The translations under genes were made by a program, and so were the position numbers. Below are positions 1 to 12,633 of a stretch of 64,000 bases of DNA, piece after piece. The notes under the pieces were generated by a model. That model was not told the origin of the DNA. It saw only the letters and a program-made list of their open reading frames with translations, and searched no databases. Position 1 is the stretch's first letter; each line of letters begins with the position of its first letter. The DNA comes from Felis catus (lineage: Eukaryota), in NCBI RefSeq assembly GCF_018350175.1, contig NC_058368.1, forward strand, positions 170,254,001 through 170,318,000, in the 5' to 3' direction.

Positions 1-370
1 TAGACCGTAAAAAAGCCTTGCTGTTTCCCAGTAGGTCTCCTAAGGATGTTCTCTCACAGTCCAGTCACTGTGCCGGGAGGCCAACAGTCATATGGAAAGT
101 CACGAACAAGAGCTCTGGTTAACAGCTCCGGCTGAGCACCCAGCCAGGCTGTCAGCAAGAGCAACTGCCAGCCATGCAATGAGCCATTTGGATGTCCAAC
201 CCAGCCAAGCCTTTGGATGACTAGAGCCTCACCTGACATCTAACTGAAATCAAAGGAAAGACCCATAATGAGAATTACCCAACTGTGTATAATCAACTCC
301 AGTTGATTTTTAAAAAATTATTTGTCACTAAGTTTTAAAATGGTTGTTTCTAGAAATGGATACCCAGAAT
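1..370 (+). mobile_element. MLT1-type (ERVL-MaLR) LTR relic
   Basis: caactgccagccatg...gagccatttggatgtccaacccagc...ccactaagtttt-like 3' end. Confidence 0.6.
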
Positions 371-774
371 ACTCATTGAATTGTACAATGAACATTCATG
401 CATTTCACTATATGAAATTTTTACTTCAATAAAAATAAGATTGTAGGAGAATATATGGTATTAGAATTAAATTTATTGATATAAAACAGAAGTAAAAATG
501 ACAATGGCTCAAACAAGATAAAAAAGTATATTTCTCTGATGTTAAATACTCTTTTAACTCCAAAACTAGACAATTTAGGATCTGTTTTGCAGCTTCACAA
601 TCATAAGAAACCAAGGCTCCATCTAAATCTCCCTTTCATGGTCATTGTCAGGCCTCGCCTTGCTTCAGGTTTTTCACTAGATTGCAGAGCATCAAAACAA
701 TGGGGAGACACTATTTGTCATTATGTTGTATTGATTCCCATCTTCAGAGGATATCTGTTAATCAAGCCTCCTTA

Positions 775-996
775 TTTTTTATTTAAAAAGAGTAATTTTT
801 AATGTTTATTCATTTTTGAGAGAGAGAGAGACAGAACACAAGTGGGAGAGGGGCAGAGAGAGAGGGAGACACAGAATCCAAAGCCGGCTCCAAGCTTTCA
901 GCACAGACCCTGATACAGAACTTGAACCCATGAACTGTGAGATCATGACCTGAGCCAAAGTCAGCCACTTAACAGCCTCAGCCACCTAGGCACCCC
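775..996 (-). mobile_element. Can-SINE (SINEC_Fc-type)
   Basis: tRNA-like head, (CT)n, A-tail on the minus strand. Degenerate TSD aagcctcctt. Confidence 0.9.
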
Positions 997-1322
997 TATT
1001 AAGCCTCCTTCTAATGCCTTCTGCCATTCTCCCAGGTCAGGATGCCATTTTGTCCTGGACTAATACCATAACTCCTTATCTTCTAGTCTCCTTCTGATCT
1101 CTTTTCCTCTGGCCTCATCTTTTAGATGACTGCCAGAGTAACTTTTCCAAATATACATCATCTGAGCCTTTTCCTCTTCCCCTAGACCCCCTTTCCTGTT
1201 TAAGAGCTTTTAGTATAGCCCTCCTGCCTACAATAAAATCCAGACTCAGAGTAGGGACTCTTCAGATTGCTGGAGCATAAAGTTTGAGTGTATGGATTAT
1301 ATTGATATCAACTGTGTTTTTT

Positions 1323-1539
1323 AAATTTTTTTCAACTTTTTTAATTTTTTGGGGGGGACAGAGAGAGACAGAGCATGAACGGGGGAGGGGCAGAGAGAGA
1401 GGGAGACACAGAATCGGAAACAGGCTCCAGGCTCCGAGCCATCAGCCCAGAGCCTGACGCGGGGCTCGAACTCACGGACCGCGAGATCGTGACCCGGCTG
1501 AAGTCGGACGTTTAACCGACTGTACCACCCAGGCGCCCC
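1323..1539 (-). mobile_element. Young felid SINE
   Basis: CpG-rich consensus-like body. TSD TCAACTGTGTTTTTT. Confidence 0.95.
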
Positions 1540-3374
1540 TCAACTGTGTTTTTTAAATAGCTATTTTTTATTTGCCATTGCAAAATTAAATTATGTGTAT
1601 CAGTTATAAATCTTAATTACAAACATTTTGTGCAAAACATGATGGGAACTGAATTATCTCATCCATTTGGGCTCCTATACTTACATTAAAAGGCAACCAA
1701 GTGATCTATTGTACCAAGTGGCATGAGGGGATAAGTGAGGAGATATAAAAACCATGTCACCTTTTGGAAATGATTAAAAGATTAAAAATGTCCAGTTTGT
1801 AAAAGAGAAGTATGAGTGATTGAGTCTCACGGATGCCTCTTAAGTATGATGGCTTTATTCATTTTAAGAACTCTCCCTTTTGGTTTGTACTTCTCTATTC
1901 TGTGGAGTCATATATACTCAGGTGCTCTTCCTTGCCTGGATTTCTCCAAAGCAGAAAGCTAAAACTGCCTTTACTCTCTGGCTCTATCCCATCTTTAAAA
2001 AGCAAAAACAAAAAATTAAACCCATTGAAGAGATGACACCCCTGTAGGGAGGAAAAAAGCTTTGGGGATTGTGGAGAGAGATGTTTCCTGAGACTGGAAG
2101 GTAACAGAGGTCATTCAGAGTCATCTCCTTTCTTGTAGCAATATTGCCTGGAGGTGACAGTACCATGGAAGAAATGTTTGTGTATTGCATCTTGCGAGAT
2201 TGAACCCCTCATCATAGCAGAGGCATAAAATCTTCTCCCAGTCTCATTATGGCCCAGAAGGTATGCCAAAATACAGAGGACCATATAGACGTGACAACTG
2301 CCCCAATGCCCCATGGTGACCTCCAATGTTTAGTGTTACATAAGTATCAAGGACCTTTGTATAACCCCAGGGCAGGGGCAAGACTAATCAAAACCAAGAC
2401 TGAATATCTAACCAGTCAAGCAGAACAGAAGCTTGGAGTATAAATAGTCAGTTTAAAGTACAGAAATATTTCTTGCAATACATAAGTCCATTGACTATGA
2501 TTCATAACTAGTACATGTATTTTAACTTTGTAGTAGCAAGTAAAATAATTATTCATAATTAATATGAAATAGGAGTATTCAAAATACTGAAAACTGAAGT
2601 GTTTAAAGTATTTACAGATGATTTACAAACCTTTGGACAATGAGGAAAATGAACTAAAAAATATTAAAATTTAAACAGGTACTACTTTCATTCATCACCC
2701 ATCAATCACCTATTCACTCATTTATTCAGGAAAATTGCAATGATCTGATACTTAAGTGATGAAGTCTTCTTCTGACTTAAATATCTTACATATCTTTCAC
2801 TCATTGTGAAAGGATTTCAATCAGAAATGGAACCAGAGGATATGGAATGGAGAATCTCACTCATGCACCCTTAGGAAAATGAAACTCATGAAATAAAGAG
2901 ACCAACTATCGAAATGCCTGACTTACAAAATATGGGGACTTATTTTCCCACCACTGAACATCCACCATGAATCTTTCCTCATCCTCAAGTCAATGAACTT
3001 ACTGCTTAGACTCTGGCTGGTCCTCCCCCTTCTTTGCACTCCTTTCCCATAAATATAGCCCGCCCCAAACCTTCAACAAATCTGCCTGTAGTTTGCTATA
3101 GTTTGTGTTTCCAAAATTGCAATTCCTGTGCTATCCCTGAATAAACTCGATTTCTGATCATTCAAGCTTGCCTCGGTTTTCCTCTTTGTTTAGGTTGATA
3201 TTCACCTTAGGAAGTGGATTGGCTTCAGTACAAACTACTAATGTGATTAATGGTCTGTGAAGAAGTTGCAAAAATGGATGCAATTGTCCATGAACTTTTT
3301 TATTGGGTTTATGTTGTGTGCCAGTACTTTTTATTCATTTGCAACATTCAACATATAAAATGAAATAAAACTAT

Positions 3375-3406
<32 letters not shown>

Positions 3407-5217
3407 ACATACTTACATATAAACTAGAAATAAAAGAACGTTTTTGACCATTTTATATTTAGCACTATCAAACAATACATTATTCGTTGTCAGTGGTTAC
3501 ATTTAGGGAATTTGATTCAGTTTTCACAAAAATAAAAGTGCTAATGATGTTTGAGCTTCCTGTGTCTGAAATTAATTACAATATAATCTCTTCCTCAAGA
3601 AATTATAATCTGGAGAAAAAGACAGGTCTACAAACCAACACTATCACATTTCAAAATGCTGAAGTCCATAATAGGACTCCAGATTATTTTAGGAGGACAA
3701 AAAATGCCCAAGAAAAATATTTTGTCAATATGACATTCTATAAATATATGACAAGATCTAGAGAATAGTCAAATTTTCAATTTAAATATGAGTAAAATAT
3801 GTTTTCCATCTCTCTGTCTCTTAACATGACTCTTTATTTTGGCCCTGAATTCAAATAATATAAGTATCTTTATCTAATGAGCAGAATACTTAAAAACTGA
3901 AAGTACTTAACACAACAGAATTCTTTCAGCACCAAACTATGAAATGGCAGTTTCATAAATATGGTAGTCTTTAATTGTTCTTTTAGAAACTTAAAACAAG
4001 CATAAATCAAAATCTTTAGGTCATTCTTGAATGAGCAAAAGAATCATTAGAGAAGAAACAGAAATCAAAGAAATAATGGAATAAAATCCCTGAAAAAAAG
4101 ACAAATTTTGGATTGAGAGAGCCAAAAAAAAATAAATAAATAATAACCAGGGCTATGAAGAGTAAAAGCAAGTGACTGGTGAGTATATAAAACATATAAA
4201 ATGATGCTAAACTTTCCAAACAGGGGAAATGACTGGTTTGTGGTTCAATAAACAGGATAGAATTGACTGTGAAAAAATGAACACTGAACATGAGTACCAA
4301 TATTCAGAAGATTGACTATAGAAATATAAACAGCTTCATGGTATAAAATACCTGAATACCTTCATGAAAAGATTTCTAAAAGTTACATTGATGAATTTCC
4401 TAAGGTGATATCTGATGAAAACCTTAGTTCTGAACCTGATGAAAGATTCTGTACTGTTGCTACCTTCTGGAAGAAATTTAACCATGGCTGGGGAAAGGAA
4501 GACCACAGGTTTTTAAGGACCCTAAGCACTGGTTGGCTGTTCCTAGGGTACTAATGTTATAGGGTGAACTTGGCAGTAATAGAAAAGCCCAATGTCCACA
4601 GTATATGAAGGATATACACAATTTGTGCATGCATCACCAAGCAAACAAAGTCTGAAAAGCCTGAAAAGTATTTGAGTGACGTAAGAACTGAATAACCACT
4701 TCATATCAGGTGCATGAAGTCATTACATGCAATCTAGGCAATCTGCGCTAGAAGAAAACTGTAAAATTTATTCTTCTCAACAACTGCTCTATATCCTCTC
4801 CTGGGATTCTTGTAAAAAGTAATGATTTCAGTATTTGTTCCCACCCAAACCTCCATATGCACACACACAATGTAACATTAGTGATAACACACGTGGCTAT
4901 GAAATTTTATATTCTATAAATGTAAGTATAAACTTGTCTTAACCATGGACTTGCTGACAGAGATCCAAGAATCCAAGACCTGAATGGGATCAGTCCTAAT
5001 TATGCCATTAACATCATGTACAAACTTATGTGTGCACAGCTATTTCCAATTCTCTTGAGTATTTACAAGGAGCGAAATTACTGGATCACATGGTAACTCT
5101 ATGTTTAACCATTTTGAGGAACTGCCAGATTGTTTTCCAAAGCAGCTGCACTATTTCACATTGTCACTAGCAATGTGTAAGGGCTCCAGTTTCTCCATAT
5201 ACTCACCAACATTTGTC

Positions 5218-5343
5218 TTTTTATTTTTATTTAAGTTATTTATTTAAGTAATCTAATCTCTACTACACCCAATGTGGGGCTAGAACTCACGACCCTGAGA
5301 TCAAGAGTCACATACTCATCCAACTGAACCAGCCAGCCACCCC
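5218..5343 (-). mobile_element. Older short Can-SINE
   Basis: gaactcacgaccctgagatcaagagtcac...aaccagccagccacccc. Confidence 0.8.
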
Positions 5344-5357
5344 AACACTTAACTTTT

Positions 5358-5580
5358 TTTTTTTAATTTTTTTTTCAACGTTTTTTATTTATTTTTGGGA
5401 CAGAGAGAGACAGAGCATGAACGGGGGAGGGTCAGAGAGAGAGGGAGACACAGAATCGGAAACAGGCTCCAGGCTCTGAGCCATCAGCCCAGAGCCTGAT
5501 GCGGGGCTCGAACTCACGGACCGCGAGATCATGACCTGGCTGAAGCCGGACGCTTAACCGACTGCGCCACCCAGGCGCCC
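5358..5580 (-). mobile_element. Young felid SINE
   Basis: TSD CAACACTTAACTTTT at 5343-5357 and 5581-5595. Confidence 0.95.
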
Positions 5581-6265
5581 CAACACTTAACTTTTTAATT
5601 ACAAATATTCAAAAGGGTATGAAGAGGTTTTATTGAATTTTCCTGATGGCTTATGATATTGAGCATTTTTCATGTGCTTACTAGCCATTTGTGTGTCCCC
5701 TATAAAGAAATGTCTATTCAGATCCTTTGCCCATTTTTAATTGGGTTGTCTTCTATTATTGTGATTATTTTTATATTTTCTAGACATAAATCATATCAAT
5801 CATGCATACATACACCGATACAAGTCATATCAATGTATGATTTCCAAAAAATTTTCTCCCATTCTATGGGTTGTGTTTTCACCTTGTTGATGGCGCCCTT
5901 TGAAGCACTAAGGTTTGTAATTTTGATGAAATCCTTGGGGTCTGTTTTTCTTTGATTGTATGTTTTAGTTGCCATATCTAGGAAACCATTCCCTAAATCA
6001 GATTTATGCCTTTTTTTTTTCTAAGGGTTTTACAGTTTTAACTCTTACATTTAGGTTCATTTGAGTTAATTTCTGCATGTAGTGTGAGATAGGATTTCAA
6101 CTGCATTCTCTTACATGTGATTCTTGTATATTGATCTTATATGCTGCAACATTGCTGAACTTTTTTATTAGATCTAATAGATTTTTAGTCGACTCTTTAG
6201 CATTTTCTACATACACCATCATGACATCTCCAAATAGAGATAGTTTTACATTTTAAAAACTAATC

Positions 6266-6490
6266 GAAGGCACCTGGGTGGCTCAGTTAGTTAAATGTCC
6301 AACTTCAGCTCAAGTCATGATCTCACAGTTCATGGGTTGGAGCCCCACATCGAGCTCTGTGCTGACAGCTCAGAGCCTGGAGCCTGCTTCAGATTCTGTG
6401 TCTATTTCTCTCTCTCTCTCTGCCCCTGCCCCACTCACGCTCTGTCTCTGTCTCTCAAAAAAATGAATAACCATTAAAAAATTTTAATAA
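6266..6490 (+). mobile_element. Felid SINE
   Basis: TSD AAAAACTAATC. Confidence 0.92.
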
Positions 6491-7889
6491 AAAACTAATC
6501 TAATTGTTTTGATGGAAATATAAGCAAAAATAAAGAGTACACTGTTTAGGTTTGAATAGTAATTCTCAAATATGTTTTGTGAAATACAGATTCTTGGGAT
6601 GTAGTTATGTCCTAAAAGCTTTTTGTTGTGAAGTTTGGGAAATACTACACTAAACAAAATTAAATAGGTTTGCATATCCTAAGACCTCTAGGAGTGGTTA
6701 ATATGTTCCTGTGCACTGCAAATTTCCCTGAGCAGCAGTACAATGTATAATTTTTACATTTGACCAGGAGGAACCTTTAGGATACTATCACCTAGAGTCA
6801 CATGCAGGACACATTTTGGAAAATTCTCACTGATAGCACTAAACTGTTTACTAAGCACTTGTGACCATGCACTTTACCAGAAGCTCTGGATGGACAATGA
6901 ACTTGAAGAGAAAAACACTTACCAAGTCTATCACGCTAATGAATGATCCTAATAATGAATCAGATGTTCCATAAGAAGAGAGCATACAGAATAGTTCTTA
7001 CTGAAACAAAAATCTGGTACTCACCTTGAATCTAAAGATTTATGTGGGGCAGCAAAACAAAAAGTCTTTACACATTGGAGATATATGTTTCAGCTCCTAC
7101 AATGGCTCCAGCAAGCTGCCTGGGTGCTTGGCAGTTCATCTGCAACTTGGCACAGATTAAAAAAAAAAAAAATTAACCTTAAGCCCTAGTGTATTTTTTT
7201 AAGCCCCAATGAAAACAATGTTGGAAAAGTACACTTTAAAAGACAATTTCTGATAACTAGACAATGTTAAAATTATATAGAGTCTTTGGGTAGGTTATTT
7301 GATTTAAAGAATGCAAGATTTAGACTATAACCTTAAAGATCAAAAGATAAATTGATCAAAGACCGTCAAAAAGATAGAATCCATTCAAATACATTGTTGA
7401 GATAAGGTAAAAGGATCTACCATCACTTTACCCCCCCCACCACACACACACAGATTTTTTCCTAATCGATAGCTTATATCTTTTTTCCCAAGATAAATTG
7501 CATTTTAAAAATCTTTTTATTTCACATCCTCAAGGTACGCACCCCCTCCCCCCCCCACCCCCGCAACACACACATCTACACTCTTCTCCAAACTTTTAAA
7601 CTTTCTCTTTTGAAGTTCAAAAGAGTCTGGATACAAAAAATGGGAGGTGAGTGTAATTTCACCAACTATACAAAGACTTGAAGACTCTCCAACAACGCAA
7701 GGAGAGTTCTGAATTAAGGGTTGCCCGGACACACAAACCCAGTCCAGAGAAAATACCCTATGAGTTTTCCCATTGATACCAGGGGAACTTACCAAATCTC
7801 CTTTAGTCTCCCAGCCAAAAAAAAAAAAAAAAAAAAAGCCATTTCCCTGTCAAAAGGCCTGGTGGCTGACTCCCCACCTTCACCCTTCC

Positions 7890-8240
7890 TGCCCTCGAGG
7901 GAGTTTCCCCGGTACTGCTTAGATTCTTAGGCAGGCGGGGATGGTGAGCCTGGGCTAGGGGCGCGAGTAGCAGAGGCTGTTTCCTACAGTCAGAGCTATG
8001 GTATCTTAGAACGACGCTCCGGGCTCCCATTTTGGAGTCTTTATGGGGTTCCCGGCTGCCCTCATGGTGGACGTGGCAACTTTAGTTCTCAAGTCATCAG
8101 AAGCGGGACTCACCGTGGTGCTCGGGGTCGCTGGGGATCGAGACTAGTTGCTAAGGACGCTGTGGAATTCACTTTTAGAGCCGGAAGTATGCTCTTTTAG
8201 CTGCTGACCAGGGCTTAGCCAATCAGGACCTATAAATGCA
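7890..8240 (-). promoter_or_regulatory. Small CpG-rich promoter and probable non-coding first exon of a minus-strand gene (likely TMEM232 by synteny)
   Basis: CpG cluster. CCGGAAGT 8181-8188, AGCCAATCAG 8217-8226, X-box-like GTTGCTAAGGACG 8147-8159, minus-strand donor ACG|GTGAGT (intron starts at 8113). The gene name is inferred from the human head-to-head TMEM232/SLC25A46 arrangement. No coding exon is seen here. Confidence 0.55.
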
Positions 8241-9059
8241 ATTCCACATTCTTTTCCCCTCCTTCACCACGTTTGTGTTTAGTTTCCAACGAATAGATGC
8301 AATGATGCGTGAAAGACTTTTGTTAGCTTTAAAATACAATGATAAAGGACATGGTAATGATTCGTTTTAAATACTGTATGCTGGATATGCAGCCAGTAGC
8401 TGCAGTGAGAAGAGGCTTGGCAGTGCTTTTGGGTCTCCTCAACATTTATCTGCCTCCTCCCAAATCTGGCCCAATGCCCCTCATCTACATGAAAAAAATA
8501 AAGTAAATAAAAACAGCATGATTGCTGTATAAGGGTACGTTAGAAGGTTATGTCTTCTAGTCAAACTGTTGTTCCTAAGCGCCTTTTACATAGAAAATCT
8601 AAATCTGCTAAAGTCCTCTTTATTTCGGATAGTGGGTAAACAAAGCATCCAGGGTGTTTTGTATGTACTAAGCACAAGAGGGCGAATTTAAATGCAAAAG
8701 AATGATTAATTTTTAAAGATAGGATACAATAAAATTAATTTGAATCCTTATAAGATTCCCACCTACCAATGGATGAGGAACTTCAAATATTCTACAAATG
8801 TTCACAGGTGTTTCACTATATGGAAGAGCAATTCTGATTAAACTCAAAGCTAATGTGCAGGTATTGTCCTGGTGAAATAATTGCCTAAAAAAATTAAAAC
8901 TTCATAAAAATTTTAAAAAATTAAAAAATCAAAAACTTCAAAAGAATTTAACTGATGTAAACTTGAAATACATCAATCCTGATTTATTTCTGTTCATAAT
9001 AAGCACCAAATACGTTTTTTGATTTTTTTAGTACCTTTTGATATTTAAAACAGAAAATA

Positions 9060-9310
9060 TTGGTCCAAACCCATAGAATGTACAACACCAACAGTGAACT
9101 TTAACATAAACTACAGACTTTTGGATGATTATGATGTGTCAGTCCAAGTTTGTCAACTGTAACAAATTACTACTCCAGTTGAGGATGTTGATAATCGGGG
9201 AGGCTTTGCATGTGTTGAGGACAGGGAGTATATGGAATCTCTGTACCTTCCTCTTAATTTTGGTATGAACCTAAAACTGCTTGAAAAATAATAAATAAAG
9301 ACTTTTTAAA
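9060..9310 (+). mobile_element. Old L1 (L1MC-like) 3' end
   Basis: aaacccatagaatgtacaacacca...gtaaactacagac...aacctaaaactgct followed by an A-rich tail. Confidence 0.7.
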
Positions 9311-9321
9311 AAATTAATTAT

Positions 9322-9530
9322 AGGGGCGCCTGGGTGGCTCAGTCGATTAAGGGCCAACTTCGGCTCAGGTCATGATCTCACAGTTGGTGAGTTCCAGCTC
9401 TTCATTGGGCTCTGTGCTGACAGCTCCCAGCCTGGAGCCTGCTTGGATTCTGTGTCTCCTATCTCTGCCCCTCCCCCACCTGTCTCTCTCTGTCTCTCAA
9501 AAATAAATAAATGTAAAAAAAATTTTTTTA
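9322..9530 (+). mobile_element. Felid SINE
   Basis: ggggcgcctgggtggctcagtcg head, (CT)n, A-tail. Confidence 0.92.
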
Positions 9531-9818
9531 ATTAATTCTAAAAAATGATAAATTTTAAGAAATTACAGTATCAGATCCCAGGCTTCTCTGAAACACATTC
9601 CTCCTAATAGATCAGTAAGTTGAGGGTAAGAATAAAAGTAAAATTGAGAAATACTGTAAAAGACACATCTTAGAAAGCAGATCGTAGAGTCCCAGACCAC
9701 ATAGAATGTGTTCTAAAAACAGAGAACAAAGATATAAATTATAATAAAGTATAGCAGAGAAAAATCTTTTGATGAAAAAAATACTTGAGATAGCAAATTA
9801 AGAATGCTTACCACATTC

Positions 9819-10493
9819 CTGCCATAGTAACATATTTCTTGATATGAGACAAAGGAAATAAAAGCAAAAATAAACTATTGGGACTTCATCAAAATAAGTT
9901 TCTGCACAGTAAAAGAAACAATCAACAAAACTAAAAGAATACTACATGGGAGAAGACACTTGTAAATGACATAGCCAATAAAAGATTAGTATCTGAAATA
10001 CATAAAGAACTTATACAACTCAACACTGAAAAAATAATGCAATTAAAAATAAGCAAAAGATATGAACAGACATTTCTCCAAAGAAGACATCCACATGACC
10101 AACAGACACTTGAAAAGATGCTCAACGTCACTCATCATCAGGGAAATGCAAATCAAAACCACAATGAGATATCACTTCATACCTGTCAGAATGGCTAAAC
10201 TCAAGAACACAAAAAAACAACTAGCGTTGGCAAAGATGGGGAGAAATAGGAAAGTTCTTGCACTGTCAGTGGGAATGCAAACTAGGTGCAGTCACTGTGG
10301 AAAACAGTATAGAGGTTCCTCAAAAAATTAAACATAATACTACCATATGATCCAGTAATTCCACTAGTGTGTATTTACCCAAAGAATATGAAAATACCAA
10401 TTTGAAAAGATGTATGCACTACATGTTTATAGCAGCATTATATAGAATAGTCAAGATATGGAAGCAACCCAAGTGTCCATGAACAGATGAATG

Positions 10494-10544
<51 letters not shown>

Positions 10545-10800
10545 GAATATTACTCAGCCAAAAAAAGAATGAGATCTTGCCATTTGCAATAACATGGACG
10601 GGTCTAGTGTATACAATGGAAGTGAAATAAGTCAGTCAGAGAAAGGCAAACATCATGTCATTTCAGTCATATGTAGAATTTAAGAAACAAATGAACAAGG
10701 GAAAAAGAGACAAACAAAAAAATAGACTCTTAAATATAGAGAACAAACTGATGGTTACCAGAGGGGAGATAAATGGGAATATGGGTGAAATAAGAAAAAA
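9819..10800 (+). mobile_element. Carnivore L1 3' fragment with internal (CA)n, inserted in an older L1 relic
   Basis: ORF2 relic [50 protein letters not shown](C/T)ATTC at 9805-9818 and 10804-10817. Confidence 0.85.
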
Positions 10801-12115
10801 AAGTGCTTACCATATTCAAAATAAAATAAATATGGAAAAACTGCAATTTGATGGGGCTTTTTTGTATTTCATGAGATCTAGGAAAAATATTAAAAGCATT
10901 AAAAATACAAACTACTAAATACATTACTCACAAAAACTAAAAGGTTGGATAAAAATTCTTCTTCAAATATAAAAATCAGTTGATTCTGCAGAGCATTCAG
11001 GAAAAAAAGTAGCTACTCATGAATTCTATAGGGAAGACAACTAAAGGACATGTTTATATAAGGGAGATTCCACAAATTCTTCCCTTCCTCCTCCTCCACT
11101 TTAAGATTAAACTACTCAAACCACTCAAAGAACACATCACCCAAACATTAATCAAAGTTAACAACTCAAAAATGCAGAAGTTGTGACTGGAAAAAACTGA
11201 TGTTGAGCTCTGAAACCAGATATACCTAAACAATCAATTTTCCCTTGGCCACAAAATGAAATCACAAAAAAAATTTTGAAAGAGATTTGTTTATAGCTTC
11301 TGTAATCCAAGTTAAAAAGTATTGAAGTGCGAGAAAGGAGTAGGGACGTTTCTGTTTTCATAAAGAAGTGTAAAATAAAGATGTTACACTATTGTGGGGT
11401 GGAGGAATTCAGTAAGATTCTCAAAGCAGATTGTAAACTAAATGTTGGATCTCAACAAATAGAAATATATAATATGTTTTTGAAACAGAACATTGATTGG
11501 CATAAATATAGACCTAAGCAAATGAAATCGTTGAATCACTGAAGGAAATATTTCAAGAATATGAAAAAAATCTAACATCTTAAAGTTAACCATAAAAATT
11601 TTGTGAGTACACTTTGAATCCCAAAATGTGTGTGTGTGTGTGTGTCTGTGTGTGTTTAGAAGAATGAGAGTGAAGAATTAAATGTTTTTTTAAAGTTCAT
11701 TTGGAAGACTAAATGGCAGATTAGCCAAGAAAATTATCAAAAAGAAGCAAGTATAGGAGGATGTGGCTTATTACATATTAAAATTTATTTGGAAACCTTT
11801 TTCTTCGTCCCTATATGCATGAGAAATAAATATTTTCAATATCTTCAAATTCCATCCTTGAGAAAATATATAGCTGCATCTTAGTACCTAATACAGTGAC
11901 TTGCATATATTAGTGCTTAATAAATATTGCTGGGTGAATTCCTGCATAGATGATTTTCATTTTATCCTGTGAGCTAAATTCATTCATTATAAGAGTCTCT
12001 GAGTAAAATATTGATATAAATGAATGATCTGCTTTTTTTGTACTTTCATTGAGCAGGTAATATATTTTGTGCCAGTTCTTGGAAAACTGTCAAAATAATC
12101 TGTTATTCTTCATTT

Positions 12116-12586
12116 CTTTTTTTATTATTATTTTTAGTGGTTTCAGGAGTAGAATTTAGTTATTCATCACTTACATATTACACCCAGTACTCATCCCACG
12201 TGCCCTCCTTAACACCCATTACCCATTTAGCTGGCTCCTCCAGCAGTCCTCTGTTTGTTCTCTGTATCTAAGAGTCTTTTACGGTTTGCCTCCCTCTCTG
12301 TTTTTATCTTATTTTTCCTTCCCTTCCCCATGTTCATCTGTTTGGTTTCTTAAATTCCACATGTGAGCGAAACCACACATTTGTCTTTCTCTGACTGACT
12401 TATTTCCCTTAACATAATACATTCTACTTCCAACCACATTCTTGCAAATGGCAAGATTTCATTCTTTTAAATGTTTATAGCAGCATTTAGCCAAATTATG
12501 GAAAGAGTCCAAATGTCCATGACTGATGAATGGATAAAGAAGATGTATATATACACAATGGACTATTACTCGGCGATCAAAAAGAA
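12116..12586 (-). mobile_element. 5'-inverted (twin-primed) carnivore L1 fragment
   Basis: Minus-strand L1 3' end 12116-~12468 joined to a plus-strand L1 piece ~12470-12586. Degenerate TSD TGTTATTCTTCATTT / TGCTACTCTTCATTT. Confidence 0.8.
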
Positions 12587-12633
12587 TGCTACTCTTCATT
12601 TTTATTCCAACTTTAACTGAAGGCTAGACTTTT

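Larger units (their letters stand above)
4990..6250 (-). mobile_element. Old L1 ORF2 3' fragment interrupted by two SINEs
   Basis: Antisense L1 motifs (ttgaggaactgccagattgttttccaaagcagctg; attttctcccattctatgggttg). Confidence 0.75.

Noticed and set aside
7803..8030. 75-aa minus-strand ORF near the second promoter
   Set aside because: No recognisable homology, it runs through a mononucleotide tract (poly-Phe), and it lies downstream of the likely first donor.
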